Source: Antedon mediterranea (Eukaryota > Animalia > Echinodermata). Taken from it: a stretch of DNA of 64,000 nt. The stretch covers positions 8,882,422-8,946,421 of the forward strand of contig NC_092678.1 in NCBI RefSeq assembly GCF_964355755.1, in the 5' to 3' direction. The notes under the pieces were generated by a model that saw only the letters and a list, made by a program, of their open reading frames with translations, searched no databases and had not been told where the DNA came from. The translations under genes were made by a program, and so were the position numbers. Every line of letters begins with the position of its first letter. The first letter of the stretch is position 1. This document shows positions 26,701 to 39,061 of this stretch, in pieces.

Positions 26701-29700
26701 GTAGGTTGGTCGGTCGGTCGGTAAACACTAATGAGCACGCGACTGCAGCCATCTATATGGCCTTGTTTTTGCTACAGAAGTGAATAACAGTAATCAAACT
26801 GTAAAATGGCCTATTCAAAGTATGATTTTATTAAAACAATATTGTAATTTACTGATTTCTATAGTTACAAAAATAAATATTTTAACAGTCAATATTTTAT
26901 TTTGATTAGCTAATCCAAGTAACTGTGCATCAAGTTTGTGTCAAAATGGTGCAGTTTGCACTGATCTTACAAACGGATACTATTGTGACTGCCCAGCAGG
27001 ATATGAAGGATCGAATTGCGAGATTGGTAAGTTTGTTCTTTTACATTGAAACGCACTTGAATTAATATCAATCAACATTTCAACTCTTCTCATACTACTC
27101 GTTTTCTTCACTCTAGTCTACCTCACTCACACTCTCACTCGCTCAATCTTTTCATCTTAACGTGTCTTCCTCTTCTGTGCTTGACATTAAAACTGCCCTT
27201 AAGATGTAGGCCTAACCTATAATTTATTACACTTTTATTAATTATTATAATAACAATAACAATAATCATAATAACAATAATTACAATAATTTAAAAAATA
27301 AGAGTAATGACTATAATTTTTATATGTTTTAAATGTAAATATGTTTGTATGATGTAGTATGTTTAAGCGGATATTGCCCTTGATGGTATTTGCAGCAATA
27401 AAGAAATTGAATTGAATTGAATTGAATTTTAAAACAATCTACATAGAGCATTACTGTGTATGTTCAAAGTGTATAATTAAATTTAGTGAATTATTGTTCT
27501 TCTTTCAGACACTAATGAATGTGAAGGTGTTGTGTGCACAAATGGTGAAGTGTGTGTAGATCGTGTAAATGGTTACGTATGTCAATGTCCATCAGGATTT
27601 ACCGGTCCAAATTGTGCTGATTGTAAGTTATTTTTAATGTTCGATGAAAAAAAAATAAAATACAAATATTATAAAATACCAGCTAGTGTATTTGATTGGT
27701 TTGATTTTGTGTAATATATAGTGGTATTGGTCATTTTGTCCCATTACGGCAACAGTTTTGTCCAACAGCCGGCTAATTGCCATATTTCAAGATTTTTGTA
27801 TAAATGACAAATACATAATATAATAAATAATATAAATGATGCGACATCGAAAAGAACTTATTTTAATGAAGTAGTTTGTATTTAATTACAGCATGTATGA
27901 ATACAAATTGTCCAATTCGTCTTCGTCCAAAATGTGGCAGCGATGGACAAACTTACCGCAACAGATGTTACCTACTAAACGCTAGATGTATGGACCCAAG
28001 TTTAACTATGGTTTCAAGAGGTGCATGTCCTGGAAGAGGTACTAATGACATTGATTTGTTTATGAATCAACGGTCATTCATTCATTTATTTTTATTCACA
28101 AAATACTCAGTTTTTAATCCTGGATTATTAACATTTACTTTGCTTTTAGTATAATCTCTTTTGTAGATTAACTTTATAATTTCAGGAGTTATCCAGGGAG
28201 AGAATCTATTTTTTATTCTTGAATTTTTTATAGGCCCATGTTTATTACTTAAATTTAGAAAGCAATTTTTAAACGTACCCCATGCATTGTCAACGTTATT
28301 AATATTGTGAATATTTTGTAATTTCTGAGAATGGGAAATATCATGTAAAAATGCACCTTCATCAAAGTTGTTATAATCTCTATAATATATTGTTTTATGT
28401 TTAGCTTCTTTTTCCTTAAATTTTAAACAGCTGTAAACCATAAAATGGTCGCTTAAAGCTATTTTAGCAACACCACTTAAATAGTACTGATCTGGAATTG
28501 TTGTTAGTATCAAATCAATACAACTTGATGAGTATGACGTAACTCTTGTTTAATCATGAATCAACTGGGTCATTACAAACATGTTTTCGATCATATTGAT
28601 AGGATTTTTCGAGAGGTTCTCATTTAAGACATAATCAATATTAAAATCGCCGAGTAGTACAATTTCAGTGTTTTCCATACTAACTTTTTCAAGTAAATCA
28701 ATAATTAAGTTAAAATATTCATAATTTGCCTTTGGAGGGCGGTATAAACAGCATATTAAAATATTTTGAATTTTTGTCCTAATAGCTCCAGCCCTACAGC
28801 CTCCAGATCATTTACATATAAATCAGATCTTTCTTTATAAGATATGGTATTCTTAATATTTAGGGGATACCCATATTAAAGAATACATACCTGTGAAACG
28901 AAAAGAAGAACCCGGACACACATCGCGTCGGTCTTAGATATATTTCATAGACACACACACATAAATTATTTAGCATCATAATACAATAGATTTTAATGAT
29001 GCAATAATATTAGTTAAAATGGCAATACAATGTGCGTATACACATGCATTTCGCAATTGTCACGGTGCATTTATTTATTTTTGTTGTTAAAGGACCTATC
29101 GCAATCATTGGTGGAAACCAGCGCACGTGTATTACAGGTGGGGATAGTGACAGTAGTGATTCAAGCATCGAATTTACTCAATGCCCTGCAGGTATGTAGA
29201 TCACAAATAACTTATTCTATCAGTTATTCTATCTTTCAACTTACACTTAAACCCAGTTACATTTAGTACCAGTTTCCGTTTCCAGTTAATCGAATTATTG
29301 ATATGGTGATGATATAATCACTTCTCTTTTTTTTTCTTTGTTATATGTATTAATTATTCTTGTGAGAGTACTGGAACCTCTGTGCAAAAACCTTTTTAAA
29401 GTAATGTTTTGGTTATGTACTAGAATATCTATGTCACACCATCGCCTGTGATAATGATATTTCAGCACTCCACTTCCAATGTGTAGATTATCTGCTGTAT
29501 GCAATGTTTTGCTGAAACGAAGAAATAAAAAAGTCTTTTATTTACTATTATAGTAGTAAAAGGTGTAAGTATTAAAATAAACAAAAATAAAATAAATATA
29601 TTTCTCAGCAACGACCCACATTTCACCATTTAAAAAATATAGAAGTCGATTCCTCCTAACTAGTAGTAACATTCTGAATAAATAGTTTTTCCTTCTTTTT

Positions 29701-29948
29701 TTGTAGAAATTACTACTGCACTACCAAATCCGATTGTGACGAATACTCCAACTCCAGAACAGTGTATTGATAACTGTCCTTTAATTTATGAACCTGTATG
29801 CGGTAGTGACGGACAGACCTATCCAAACCTTTGCAAATTAGACGTCGTGAGATGCTTAAATGACCCAGCACTAATTGCACTTTATGTCGGAGAATGTGTT
29901 GTTATGACAACTCCTTGCCGTGGAGATTGCTCGGCAAATGCCCCATGA
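20763..29948 (+). CDS. Gene C: fibropellin-like signal-EGF-CUB-EGF-EGF-Kazal-Cys/Ser loop-Kazal-CRGDC protein (about 421 aa)
   Basis: Exons: 20763-20844 (signal), 21851-21976 (EGF), 24684-24838 and 25494-25677 (CUB: NCGYNLFARSGNLTSPNYP...FDTE/FSKDVLQY...DGNLT...FTVEGSDVWFVFESDRNIVRPGF), 26910-27026 and 27509-27622 (EGFs), 27892-28038 (Kazal), 29093-29191 (99 nt), 29707-29948 (Kazal, stop). Phases are consistent, total 1266 nt. Confidence 0.9.
21232..21800 (+). mobile_element. Degenerate Helitron copy 3 in intron 1 of gene C
   Basis: Starts A|TCTATATATAAATTT and has collinear patches matching copy 1. Confidence 0.7.
23520..24375. mobile_element. L1/Tx1-type LINE 3' fragment with an internal inversion
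   Basis: The plus strand at about 24062-24375 encodes KWE...IDWNEIWNRK...AQFNFKLLHRIL. The minus strand from about 24060 encodes the following Cys/His region: KRWKLSTTDKCNKC..IENEKHLLMACK..QPVWK. Confidence 0.65.
26075..26770 (+). mobile_element. DINE-1/HINE-like element (long form)
   Basis: T-run at the start, ACGCGACT motif, (GTCG/GTCT)n microsatellite, 3' GCACGCGACT, hairpin GCCATCTATATGGC, then a T-run. Confidence 0.7.
28082..28860 (-). mobile_element. LINE ORF2 apurinic endonuclease fragment (CR1/L2 group) in an intron of gene C
   Basis: Motifs CLYRPP, LLGDFNID, CIDLILT, SDHFMVY and PWITPEI. Confidence 0.85.
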
Positions 29949-31630
29949 ACTCTATAAGTTTATAAACAAAGCAAGTATGTAAATTATAACAATTATTATA
30001 ATGCTATGCTATTAAATTTAACATTGATGTAACATTTTTTTCGTTTAGGCCTAAATCTGTATTTTCTAAATTGTAAATTATATCAAAAGTATAAAAAAGT
30101 AATATGTTTTGCAGACCCTTTAGTATAATAAAATTAGATAAGCGTGTAAACTAAACAAAGTTTTTATACAGTAGAAAACGAACCAAGGGTACCGCGCATC
30201 AAAAACACATATATAACACATCTTTCCTATTATTATTATTATTATTATATTAATACTGCATAAGATCTCAATCATTCATAATTATAATGTTTCTGTATGG
30301 TTTATCTTTAAATGCAATAATAAAGTTCAACTTAAATCAACTTCTTGTTTCATGTTTATTTATGTATACAAACTTCAGATGGTTACTCAACAATTATAGT
30401 ACGTATTCAACATTATTATAACATTTGGACACATTTCTTTCTGTGATTTACATACGTACTTTACTTTAGTTGTACAAACGCCTGGGATTTATAAATAGTA
30501 TTGTCTGCCCTCCCTGAAAGCCCAGGTCGTCAACAGTAATGTGACAACACATTATTAATAATTTTATAGATTGTATGTGTGAAAAAAAATGTGGGGTTCG
30601 ATAACCATGCAATTATGAATTTCCCATCGGAGTTAATTCCCAGAGTGACAATAACTTTTGACAAATTTAAATTTATCAGGTGGCTTTAAATTAATTATAC
30701 ATTTTGCACTTTCCAGTTATTTACACCAATGTTTAGCCTACAAGTTAAAATATACGCCCTACCCTCACAAACAATAACACGGTAGTTTTAAGAAACGTAG
30801 CGTTTTGTTAGCACGAAAATAATGTCTCAAACAGCTTTCCTGAAAATCAGCAAACTCACTCATGAAGACAGTGACATTTATTTACTTTAATACTAAAAAC
30901 TAGGTATCAACTAACATTTGGGTAAGTATGATATCAAGGTAATATCCAGGGTATAACATTAGGCTACATTGGGTCGAACTGTGAGCGATGCCTGGCCTTC
31001 TAAAAAAACGATTACGTCAAACCTCGCCTATATAAGAATGAGGTAGGGGGGTATTTGTAAACGATACGGGAATAAAACCAAAAGCTGAACAACCTATATA
31101 ACCCTGAACAGAATTCGTTGGTGGAGGCTTGGTTAAACCTATTTTACTGTTGACGTTGAGTTCCGTTTAGATTTCAAATCATAAAGCCTGTTTTACTGTC
31201 GAAGTCGTTGAGTTGCGGCGAGTTACGCTGCATTGCGTTGAGGGTTGTAGTTGAGCTGTACGTTTTTTTTCTCAAAAATTATGAATTTGAGTTGATTGTT
31301 CCCCCTTCTCTAAACAAAAAAAACAAAATCTTTCTTGAAATATACGCTTGTAATAGTGTTTGACTCAAATATACGCTACTGCTGAGTGCTATTGAACAGA
31401 GTTATAGGCCTACAGCGTTTTAATTAATATTAATACACCATAATTTAATGATTTATCAAACGACAAATGTTGACTGAGTCATTGTGTTGTTACGTAGAAT
31501 GAGTGGAACCGCGTATTCCTAAAATGGATAGACAATAAAAAGAATTGTGATTGCAGCAATTGTGCACACACCAGCAGTATAACCAACCCACCAACACACC
31601 ATATCGTACAATTATTAGCTACAGACTAGG

Positions 31631-34600
31631 ATGATGGCAGTCATAAGGATGAACATTTTATTTTATGTTTTGACGTTTTTGATGTTGTCCGATGCTCATA
31701 ATTATAAAGGTATGATCTCTCTTTAAAAATCCTGTTTATGTCTTCAAAACATTAATACTGTATGTTATACTTCTGTTCATGTTTCTTGAATTAATTTGTC
31801 TCTAAACTGAAATGTAAAAAAACGAGGCCTGCATAACGAATATATTAATGTATTTAATACACCAATATCTTGTATTGGTGAAACTGTTTTCTTCCGTTAG
31901 AAATGTATGTATTATTTTGAACTGTATCAAATATATAATATTATATACAAATTTGTGGCTTTATTTTGTATTGTTTTCACGGCATGATTTACCAAACTTA
32001 AATTAGTTCTCTAGAAAATTGAAATTATTCTATCTGGCCTTCCAAAAAAAGTATTATTTAATTATTATTATTATTTTAAATTATAATGGTATATTTAGGT
32101 ATTTAACATTTCATACACTAATTTTAATTTCTCTTAGTAACCGATCCTAGATATTCAACTATCGCTACCTCATTCTCGAGGTACGGTAGTTTTTAACATG
32201 CACGATTGTACTTCATGCTTATATTTAATCAATACAAAGAAATGACAATTAACAATTATTTTAACATAAACTGGTTATAACATATGCAATAACATGATGT
32301 ACATGATTAATGTATTGACAGGTTGTAGGAAGAACTGTCACAGCAGAAGTTCTCCAAAATGTGGAAGTAACGGTGTGACGTATCTAAACAGATGCTATTA
32401 CATGAATGCAAGATGTGATGACCCTTCGATTTATATTGTTAGTAAAGGAGAATGCCAACAGTCAAGTAAGAGCAACTTGTATTTATTTAAATGTTATTTT
32501 GATTGATATATAATATTACCCGTGATTAATTATTCACGTTGCGCAATATAATATTTTAGTAATCCGTTTGATAGGCCCATATAGAATTATTTTAAGCTCC
32601 ATGAGTATTACATTCTATAAACTGTAAATATGGTATTCTATATACTGACATTGTTTGCTAGCCGACAGGCAATAATAATATCATGAATGATTCCTGATTT
32701 CTGCATTAACCTGATCGGAGGAAAAAATAATACAGCCGTCTTCTCTTGGCCAAGAAAAACAAATAGACAAATTATTAATACAACAAAATAATACAAATAT
32801 TTTGGGGAAAAAAAACAATTACAATATCGAAAGAAGTTACAAATTTGCTGAATTTTTAGAGTGAAATATTCGAATAGTTTAAATGGTCTATATCTATAAT
32901 AATGGTGACGGGAATGGAGATCCGTAAATTAAAGTATACAGTACAAATCAATAATATTGTTAAATTGAGTAGTTTGATAAGATTTGTACTTAATTTTGGC
33001 CAACTTAAAGTTCACATTTTTAAAATTATGTTACATGTGGTGGTGTAGACCTCTCACAACCCTACCCTTGAAATCGGCTTGGCCCATTGAAAATTTAAGA
33101 TTCAAATATCTTTTTAATTTGACACAACAGCAATTATAGAAAATAATAATAATTTGATTGTCAGAAGCAAACTAAAACACTGTATGACGACTATTTTATT
33201 TTTTAACATAAATACAAATAAATTAAAAATATAATTTTTAATAATTTAAAAGAAAAATAAGAGAGAAAAGAAAAAGAGAATTTAGGTATAAACAATTCTC
33301 GAAACTTACAAAAAGAACAAGGTCCCTTAAATCTGAGGGAAGACCATCCCAACGTTTACAGCATCTATGAAAGAGTGAGGATTGGAAACAGTCCGAGCAA
33401 AGGGTTGCCTGAAAAGAAGATCAAATGTGTGACGTAATATAGGAAAAAAGAAGGAAGAAACATCATAATCAATAAAACTTAATGTTTATGTTATTCAATT
33501 GATTCCAAATTGGAACTTTGATACCATTTTTACTTTTCTATCTATATCGGGTCTATATTCTAAAAATATTCTTTTCTCGGCCCCAACCAACACCCTCTCA
33601 GTCACTACCATTTCCACTGAAAACCAGCATCCACCAGGTCCAGGTGTATTCCACATTAGTCTCTCAAACTTTTATACAATTAACGTAATTAATTGGACCA
33701 TCAAATGTATGGTTACCAAATTCGACACCTTCCATTAAACTAGTTACATACCTGGAGTACCGTAGTATTCCACGTGCAACACATTTCAGTTTGACATATC
33801 CCAGAAAACAATATCTTTTCCTAAATCTATACTTTAGCCAAATGTATATATGCAAAAGAAGTTAACATGTTTAGCATTACAAAATAAGATTGGTGGAAAT
33901 AATTACAAGAAAAATTTATTACAAAAAAACGCCGCTCACTAAGGTCGTCGACACGCCGTTTAGAGGAAAGAATGTTTTGACAATTATTCAATGATAAATT
34001 GATGGTATTTTTTATATCCGGCTTCCTTCGACAGCTAGCCTACAACAGACAGACTATACTATAGCTGTCAGTGTCAGTCTGGTGCACACATTTTACACTA
34101 TACATATAGACTTTCTGTTACCTGACGTGCTTTGGGTCGTAGTATAGACCTATAAATTAGTCGAGTTTACACATTTTTCAGTTCTGTCAACTGTAGTACT
34201 AAAGCTTCGCGTGTGATAACTAACTTCTTCCTAATACTCTGGGAATATAACTGCCTAAAGGCCCGGCACGAAAACTTGTTTGGGTAAAGAAAAATAAGAG
34301 CCTTGAAAATGACAAAGATTATCCGTATGAATTCGGATAACAAATTATTATAAAAATATTTCGAGTATTTTATATTTTTGTCATGGTAAAACACTAGGTA
34401 TCTTGATGACTGTCACTCAAGCCCAGTAATGTATGATTGTTGGTGATTTTATTGCCAACTTTCCTTGTATCGCCAACCGTAAAACTATTTCCTATAATGA
34501 TATTGTAAATATCAACCAATTATATGGCAACATTTCATTATTGGTGTGTTAGAATCTAGTACACTATGATCTGAAGGGAAGCGTGTTAACCAAAAAGCTA

Positions 34601-35877
34601 CAGACCCCGTGTATCGGATTGGTAATGTACGTTTTATTAATTTTCACTAGAAATTGAAGAAGAGCATTCGAGAGTCAGACTGTGTTTAAATGTTGGGGGA
34701 AGTGATAGTGGCAGTGATAGTGGGGAAGCAATGTTTGTTGACTGCACACGTAAGTATCAATTAAATATTCGATTTTATTAGATTGATTATTTATGCACAC
34801 TGGTATGACTGTATGAGATAATAATGATGTTTGGTTTCACAGTCAGTCTTTCCGAACAACATATAATGTGAGGGTAATGCTAATTGTTAATTTGACTCGG
34901 AAAGCAGGAAAAAGACATGACCAATACTATTTGTCCAGCGATTCTAGATTATCATAATTCGCTACATTTCGTGATGGTTATATGAAGCCATGAAGAATTC
35001 AATTCTATAGTACTGAATTAATAAATCTTAATGGTTATGTTATATAAGCATAAATAATTGTAATTCATTTTCAACTCAACTCAAATTTAAATGCTTATTA
35101 TGATGTAAATCAACCATTCAAAATAGGTGCACATCTTTATTTGTTAATTGTTTTCTGATGGCTATGGTGTGTTGTCAATTTGTATTTCTTTCTTCCTCTT
35201 AAGATGTTAGCGGTAATAACCGAGATAGAAAAACAGGTAACTTGGGCAATACAGGGGCTGGTGGTGGTGGTGACGGCACAACCAACAACGGTGGTGACGG
35301 TACTTTCATCAACAACAATAATGGTGGTAATGGTGGAAATGGCAACAATGGTGGTAACCAACCTGACGGTGGTGATGGCGCTAACGGTGGTGATGGTGCT
35401 AACGGTGGTGATGGTGCTACCGGTGGTGATGGTGCTACCGGTGGTGATGGTGCTAATGGTGGTGATGGTGCTACCGGTGGTGGTGGTACTAACGGCGTTA
35501 ATACTGGCGGTGAAAAAGGAAATGGGGAAGAGAATAATATAAATGACGTTACTCCGTCCAACGGTCTAGGTGGTAATGGTCGTGGAGACGTTGTAACTGA
35601 CCCCAACAGTTATCCTAATGGTAACGGTGGCGTTACGGCAGATCCAGCCGGTACATTATCTTATCAGCGTGGTGAAACCACTAACATTAATTCAAAAGCG
35701 TTAACTGAAAGTGTTTGCCCTGATAACTGTTTAGCATTTGGCATCGCTTGGGTTTGTGGTAGTGATGGGATTGATTACAGCAACGAATGTCAATTGAACT
35801 CTATAAAATGCTCAGTTAAGCCTTACCTATACAAGGTTAGAGATGGCAGGTGTCCACCACCTCGTGGAGATATTTAG
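31631..35877 (+). CDS. Gene D: secreted Kazal-Cys/Ser loop-Gly/Asn/Asp-rich repeat-Kazal-RGD protein (at least 331 aa)
   Basis: Exons: 31631-31709 (signal), a possible micro-exon near 32138/32151-32180/32185, 32322-32465 (Kazal), 34651-34749 (99 nt), 35204-35877 (GGDGAN/T repeats, Kazal CPDNC...VCGSDGIDYSNEC...C, PRGDI stop). All introns are phase 1. Confidence 0.85.
33388..33615. repeat. Dispersed repeat of about 220 bp, second copy at 36494-36700
   Basis: CAGTCCGAGCAAAGG...GAAAAGAAGATCAAATGTGTGACGTAATATAGG...GTCACTACCATTTCC is present at both sites. Confidence 0.85.
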
Positions 35878-36205
35878 TATACTATGGTATACTGGATACA
35901 TATACATACTTTCTGCGTTTGTTATTTGATGTGGATTTTTTATTATTAGATTAAGAAAGTGATGGTATGGCTTATATTTTGTTATAAAATGTCGTATTCA
36001 GCAGCATTGTTTTTTTATAGTGCATTATTCTGTTACATAAAAAAAAACCTGTTTTGCAACCCGACCGAAAGTGTTGTTTTTTTTATATTATTATTTATTT
36101 ATCTGGTGCGCGTGTGTACAATTGACGGACTAGTGCTGTTGCGACGTACCACGCCGAGAATGTTAAAGAGTCGCTATTCAATCGAGTTTGAACAATACCA
36201 TGAAA

Positions 36206-36279
36206 GCCCCCAAGTTGTCTAATGGTTAGGACAGCTGCATATCAAGCAGAAGATCCGGGTTCGAGTCTCGGCTGGGGCG
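36206..36279 (+). pseudogene. tRNA-like sequence (Asp-like, anticodon ATC): tRNA pseudogene or repeat head
   Basis: D arm GTCTAATGGTTAGGAC, anticodon arm CTGC-ATATCAA-GCAG, T arm CCGGG-TTCGAGT-CTCGG, acceptor GCCCC/GGGGC with extra bases, followed by a T-run. Confidence 0.6.
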
Positions 36280-36384
36280 ACTTTTTCTCATTCTCACAGA
36301 TTTCCTCATCTTATTAATTAATTAATTAAACTTCAGTATATCACCGGGCGGTTTAGAATTAATGTTCTTTGCTTTGTATCAGTG

Positions 36385-36497
36385 GCTGGATCTCATTGGA
36401 GATACAAAAAAAAAGCGAAAAACTAAATGAAAACGATAAAGTCAAATAGCCAGAAAAGTTAGCATAGCTTTCGGTCAACACTAGCCCTTCATCAGTC
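36385..36497 (-). mobile_element. Penelope-like element terminal fragment with a minimal hammerhead ribozyme core
   Basis: The minus strand reads CTGATGA-AGGGCTAGTGTTGACC-GAAAGCTA. A related copy lies at about 51238-51480. Confidence 0.55.
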
Positions 36498-39061
36498 CGA
36501 GCAAAGGCTGGACTGAAAAGAAGATCAAATGTGTGACGTAATATAGGAAAAAAGAAGAAAGAAACCTAATGTTTATGTTATTCAATTGATTCCAAGTTGG
36601 AACTTTGATACATTTTTTACTTTTCAGCTTAATATTGGGACTATATTCTCAAAATATTCTTTTCTCGGCCCCAACCAACACCCTCAGTCACTACCATTTC
36701 CGAGTTTTGTCTCTCCATTATATTTGACATCGTGGTCTAAGTATCTCTTATGAGATCCCGCTTCATGAATAAAATACTGAAAGATGAGGGCAAGTAACGT
36801 AGAACTAATGAGTGATAATGATTGGATTTTTCTGATGATGGCCACATTGGGAATTAGACAATTATCATGTAATCACTACTGTAATAATTATTTCTCTCAC
36901 TATTGTAGTATTAAAATTATTGTTGTGAATAAGTATACACCACTTTACAACTAATTGTGAGAAATCTTAGGAGACGATTCTTGCAGGGGAGGAATGTGGG
37001 ATGACGCTATTCGTTACTCATCGTATGCATGAGTAATTTATAGAATTATGACGTAACGTTTTATAGTAAGAGGGCATCGTTATTAATACATTACAGATGT
37101 TGTTGTTAAAATGTATTTTCGTCCATAATATTATTGAATGACATAACAATTCTATATCGAATAAATAGTAGGTTAATCTATGTTTTATTGATATTTCTGT
37201 GAGCCGTTATTCAGACACCATTCTTTCTGAGATTTTCTCTAACCTTTATGTGGCAAAACTCATCTCATTCCTTTATAAGAATTTTCAAATATTTCGCTGT
37301 GCTTACTAAACAACTGATCAAATTACAATCAGGTTGATCTTGCAAATGTTGATATAATTTAAGTTAAATATTTTGCCTTGTTTGTCCAATATAACCTCAC
37401 TCAGTACTACCATCCAATCAAGTAAGCGTGTGTCTCTAGTCAGTATGGTGAAATATAACTATCCATTGTACACAAGCCTAATAAAGATAAATGTATACGT
37501 CCTCTTATACGTATAATAATTCACAGGGCGGGATATTTTGACATGTAGATAGAAAACAATACCACCTAGTGATATATTGGAAATTAATTTTATTGATTTG
37601 TGAAGATAAGAAAAAACTGTGAGCGTGGGAATAAAATCATTACTCTCCAATACAGTAGACCAATATCATTATTTATATCACAATTTCTTCAAGTTAAATG
37701 ATGCACTATATTAATAATAGTCTTAAATTGCCCCTTATACACGTTAATAGAATCAGTTGTTAATTTAATTTCCGTCGTTCGCGTGTTCAAGTGGATAATA
37801 CGACTAACAACCAATCCGTGTGTATCCTGATCGTTTCCGTTAAACTTGAATTTAAGAAGCAGCTTTAAAGAATGTTTAAAACTTCTGTAATCATATTACT
37901 AGAAACCACTTGGACGCTAACACAGTTACATTAAAGCATAGTAAAGGTAAGTGTCACTGTTTTGTTGTCGATATGTTTTAACTTTCATGTTATTATAGAT
38001 GACACCGAGTCAATGTATTTAATGTGTTAAATTAAAGAAGATAGAGATTATAATATCACAACGCTTTCCTGATTAAACATGAAATATGTTTTTAATGTAT
38101 TACAAAACTACGACATGCAGTTTCATAATACTGTAAAAATATGCAATATAAAGATAAAGTCCATCACGGTTTGTTTTGTTTTTCTATGATTATTATAATA
38201 CAATTAACATGTTATTAGGTGCGTGTGTTTTTAAATACTAATGTATCACAATGCTTCAACAGCAGATACGATCCAGACAACTTTTAGAAATATAAAAGTA
38301 GTAGTTGTTTAGATCAGCAAATCGTAATACAAAATGCTGATTAGGCTTGAACTGATATTTCCAAATATGAAACTAAAATTACGGAAAAAGTCTAAACTTT
38401 ACACTCGATTTCCAAATCAATAATAATATTTTTATTTTCTATTTTAATATATGTATAATCTTATAATTGTAAATAAAAATAAATATACAAAGACATTTAT
38501 ATAGTTCTACAAAACAAAATTTCAATTGCAAAGAAAGCGGTTTTTATTATTAAAATCAAATAATAAAAATCAATAATAATATTTGTATGTTATATTTTAA
38601 TATAGGCCTATTATATGATATCTTATAATTGTAAATACAAATAAAAATGAATATAAAATACATTTATATATATAGTCTTACAAAAACAAAATAAGAAACA
38701 AAAACAACAATTTCGGTTGCAAAGAAAGAGGTTTTATTATTAAAATGATATGTAACAAAACTGAAATGGATATAAAGGTGAGGAAAAGTCTCAGTGCAAT
38801 GAGTAAAACATGTAGACTTTAATAACAAACCATCCTGCCCAAAACAGAACAATATGAAAACAAATCGTGGAAAGCGTAATGTCGGAATGACGGAAAGGTT
38901 TCAAGAGAGAGAGAGATGATAAACAAATAGTTACAAAATATTTTAGATATAAAATAACTATATAATACTACTTACTATACTAAAATAATTGATGATTGTT
39001 ACTACATATTTGCATGTTTTATTTTTAAGCAATATATTATAGTTTGTATTCAGAATTATGA

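Noticed and set aside
11092-29948. Agrin, follistatin or tolloid identity for genes B and C
   Set aside because: No NtA, laminin G, follistatin N-terminal or astacin domains are seen, and each gene is short with its own signal exon and stop.
35180-35606. Extensin-like Pro-rich ORF (minus strand) and Val/Met-rich ORF (plus strand)
   Set aside because: Shadow frames of the Gly-rich exon of gene D, whose own frame runs into a Kazal domain.
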